Of a DNA stretch of 64,000 bases, positions 63,901 to 64,000 are shown piece after piece. The position numbers were made by a program, and so were the translations under genes. Origin of the DNA: Amoebidium appalachense (Eukaryota > Protista > Ichthyosporea); assembly GCA_963693365.1 (NCBI GenBank), contig CAVNZM010000003.1, forward strand, positions 8,848,046 through 8,912,045, read 5' to 3'. Every line of letters begins with the position of its first letter. Positions within the stretch are counted from its first letter, which is position 1. The notes under the pieces were generated by a model. That model ran no database searches, was not told the DNA's origin, and was given only the letters and a program-made list of their open reading frames with translations.

Positions 63901-64000
63901 ACCCCCCCCCCCTCCCCTCCCCTCCCCCAATACCCTCGCACACACACGTGCACATCTCACACACGGACGCACGCACACAAAATCTGTTCTACCTTTCCAT

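Overview
Eukaryotic genomic DNA extremely rich in (CA)n/(TG)n, poly-C/poly-G and (GA)n simple repeats; nearly all short ORFs in the ORF track are repeat artefacts. Four real components: (1) a 28-exon HEATR6-like gene on the minus strand (29023->5946, ~1133 aa, assembled by hand with phase-consistent splice junctions, including one GC-AG intron and many acceptors preceded by (CA)n rather than a pyrimidine tract); (2) a dead LINE fragment (~29780-31567) followed by a ~22 kb nested stack of Ty1/Copia LTR retrotransposons of two families (A and B). The youngest copy (40688-47496, TSD GAAGT) has a single intact 1468-aa ORF and carries a 30-nt copy of the 5' half of initiator tRNA-Met inserted ahead of its native, split primer-binding site; (3) a tyrosinase (type-3 copper) gene with an intron-free catalytic region (minus, ends 56073); (4) non-coding structures: a ~345-bp hairpin and a palindromic-unit array (3.5-4.2 kb), a ~150-180 bp dispersed element that sits at G/C homopolymers, a MITE-like inverted repeat, and a tandem array of 0.6-1 kb units at 59.6-63.9 kb. 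The host cannot be identified from the sequence; an intron-rich unicellular eukaryote (e.g. a unicellular holozoan) is only a guess. All alignments were done by eye.
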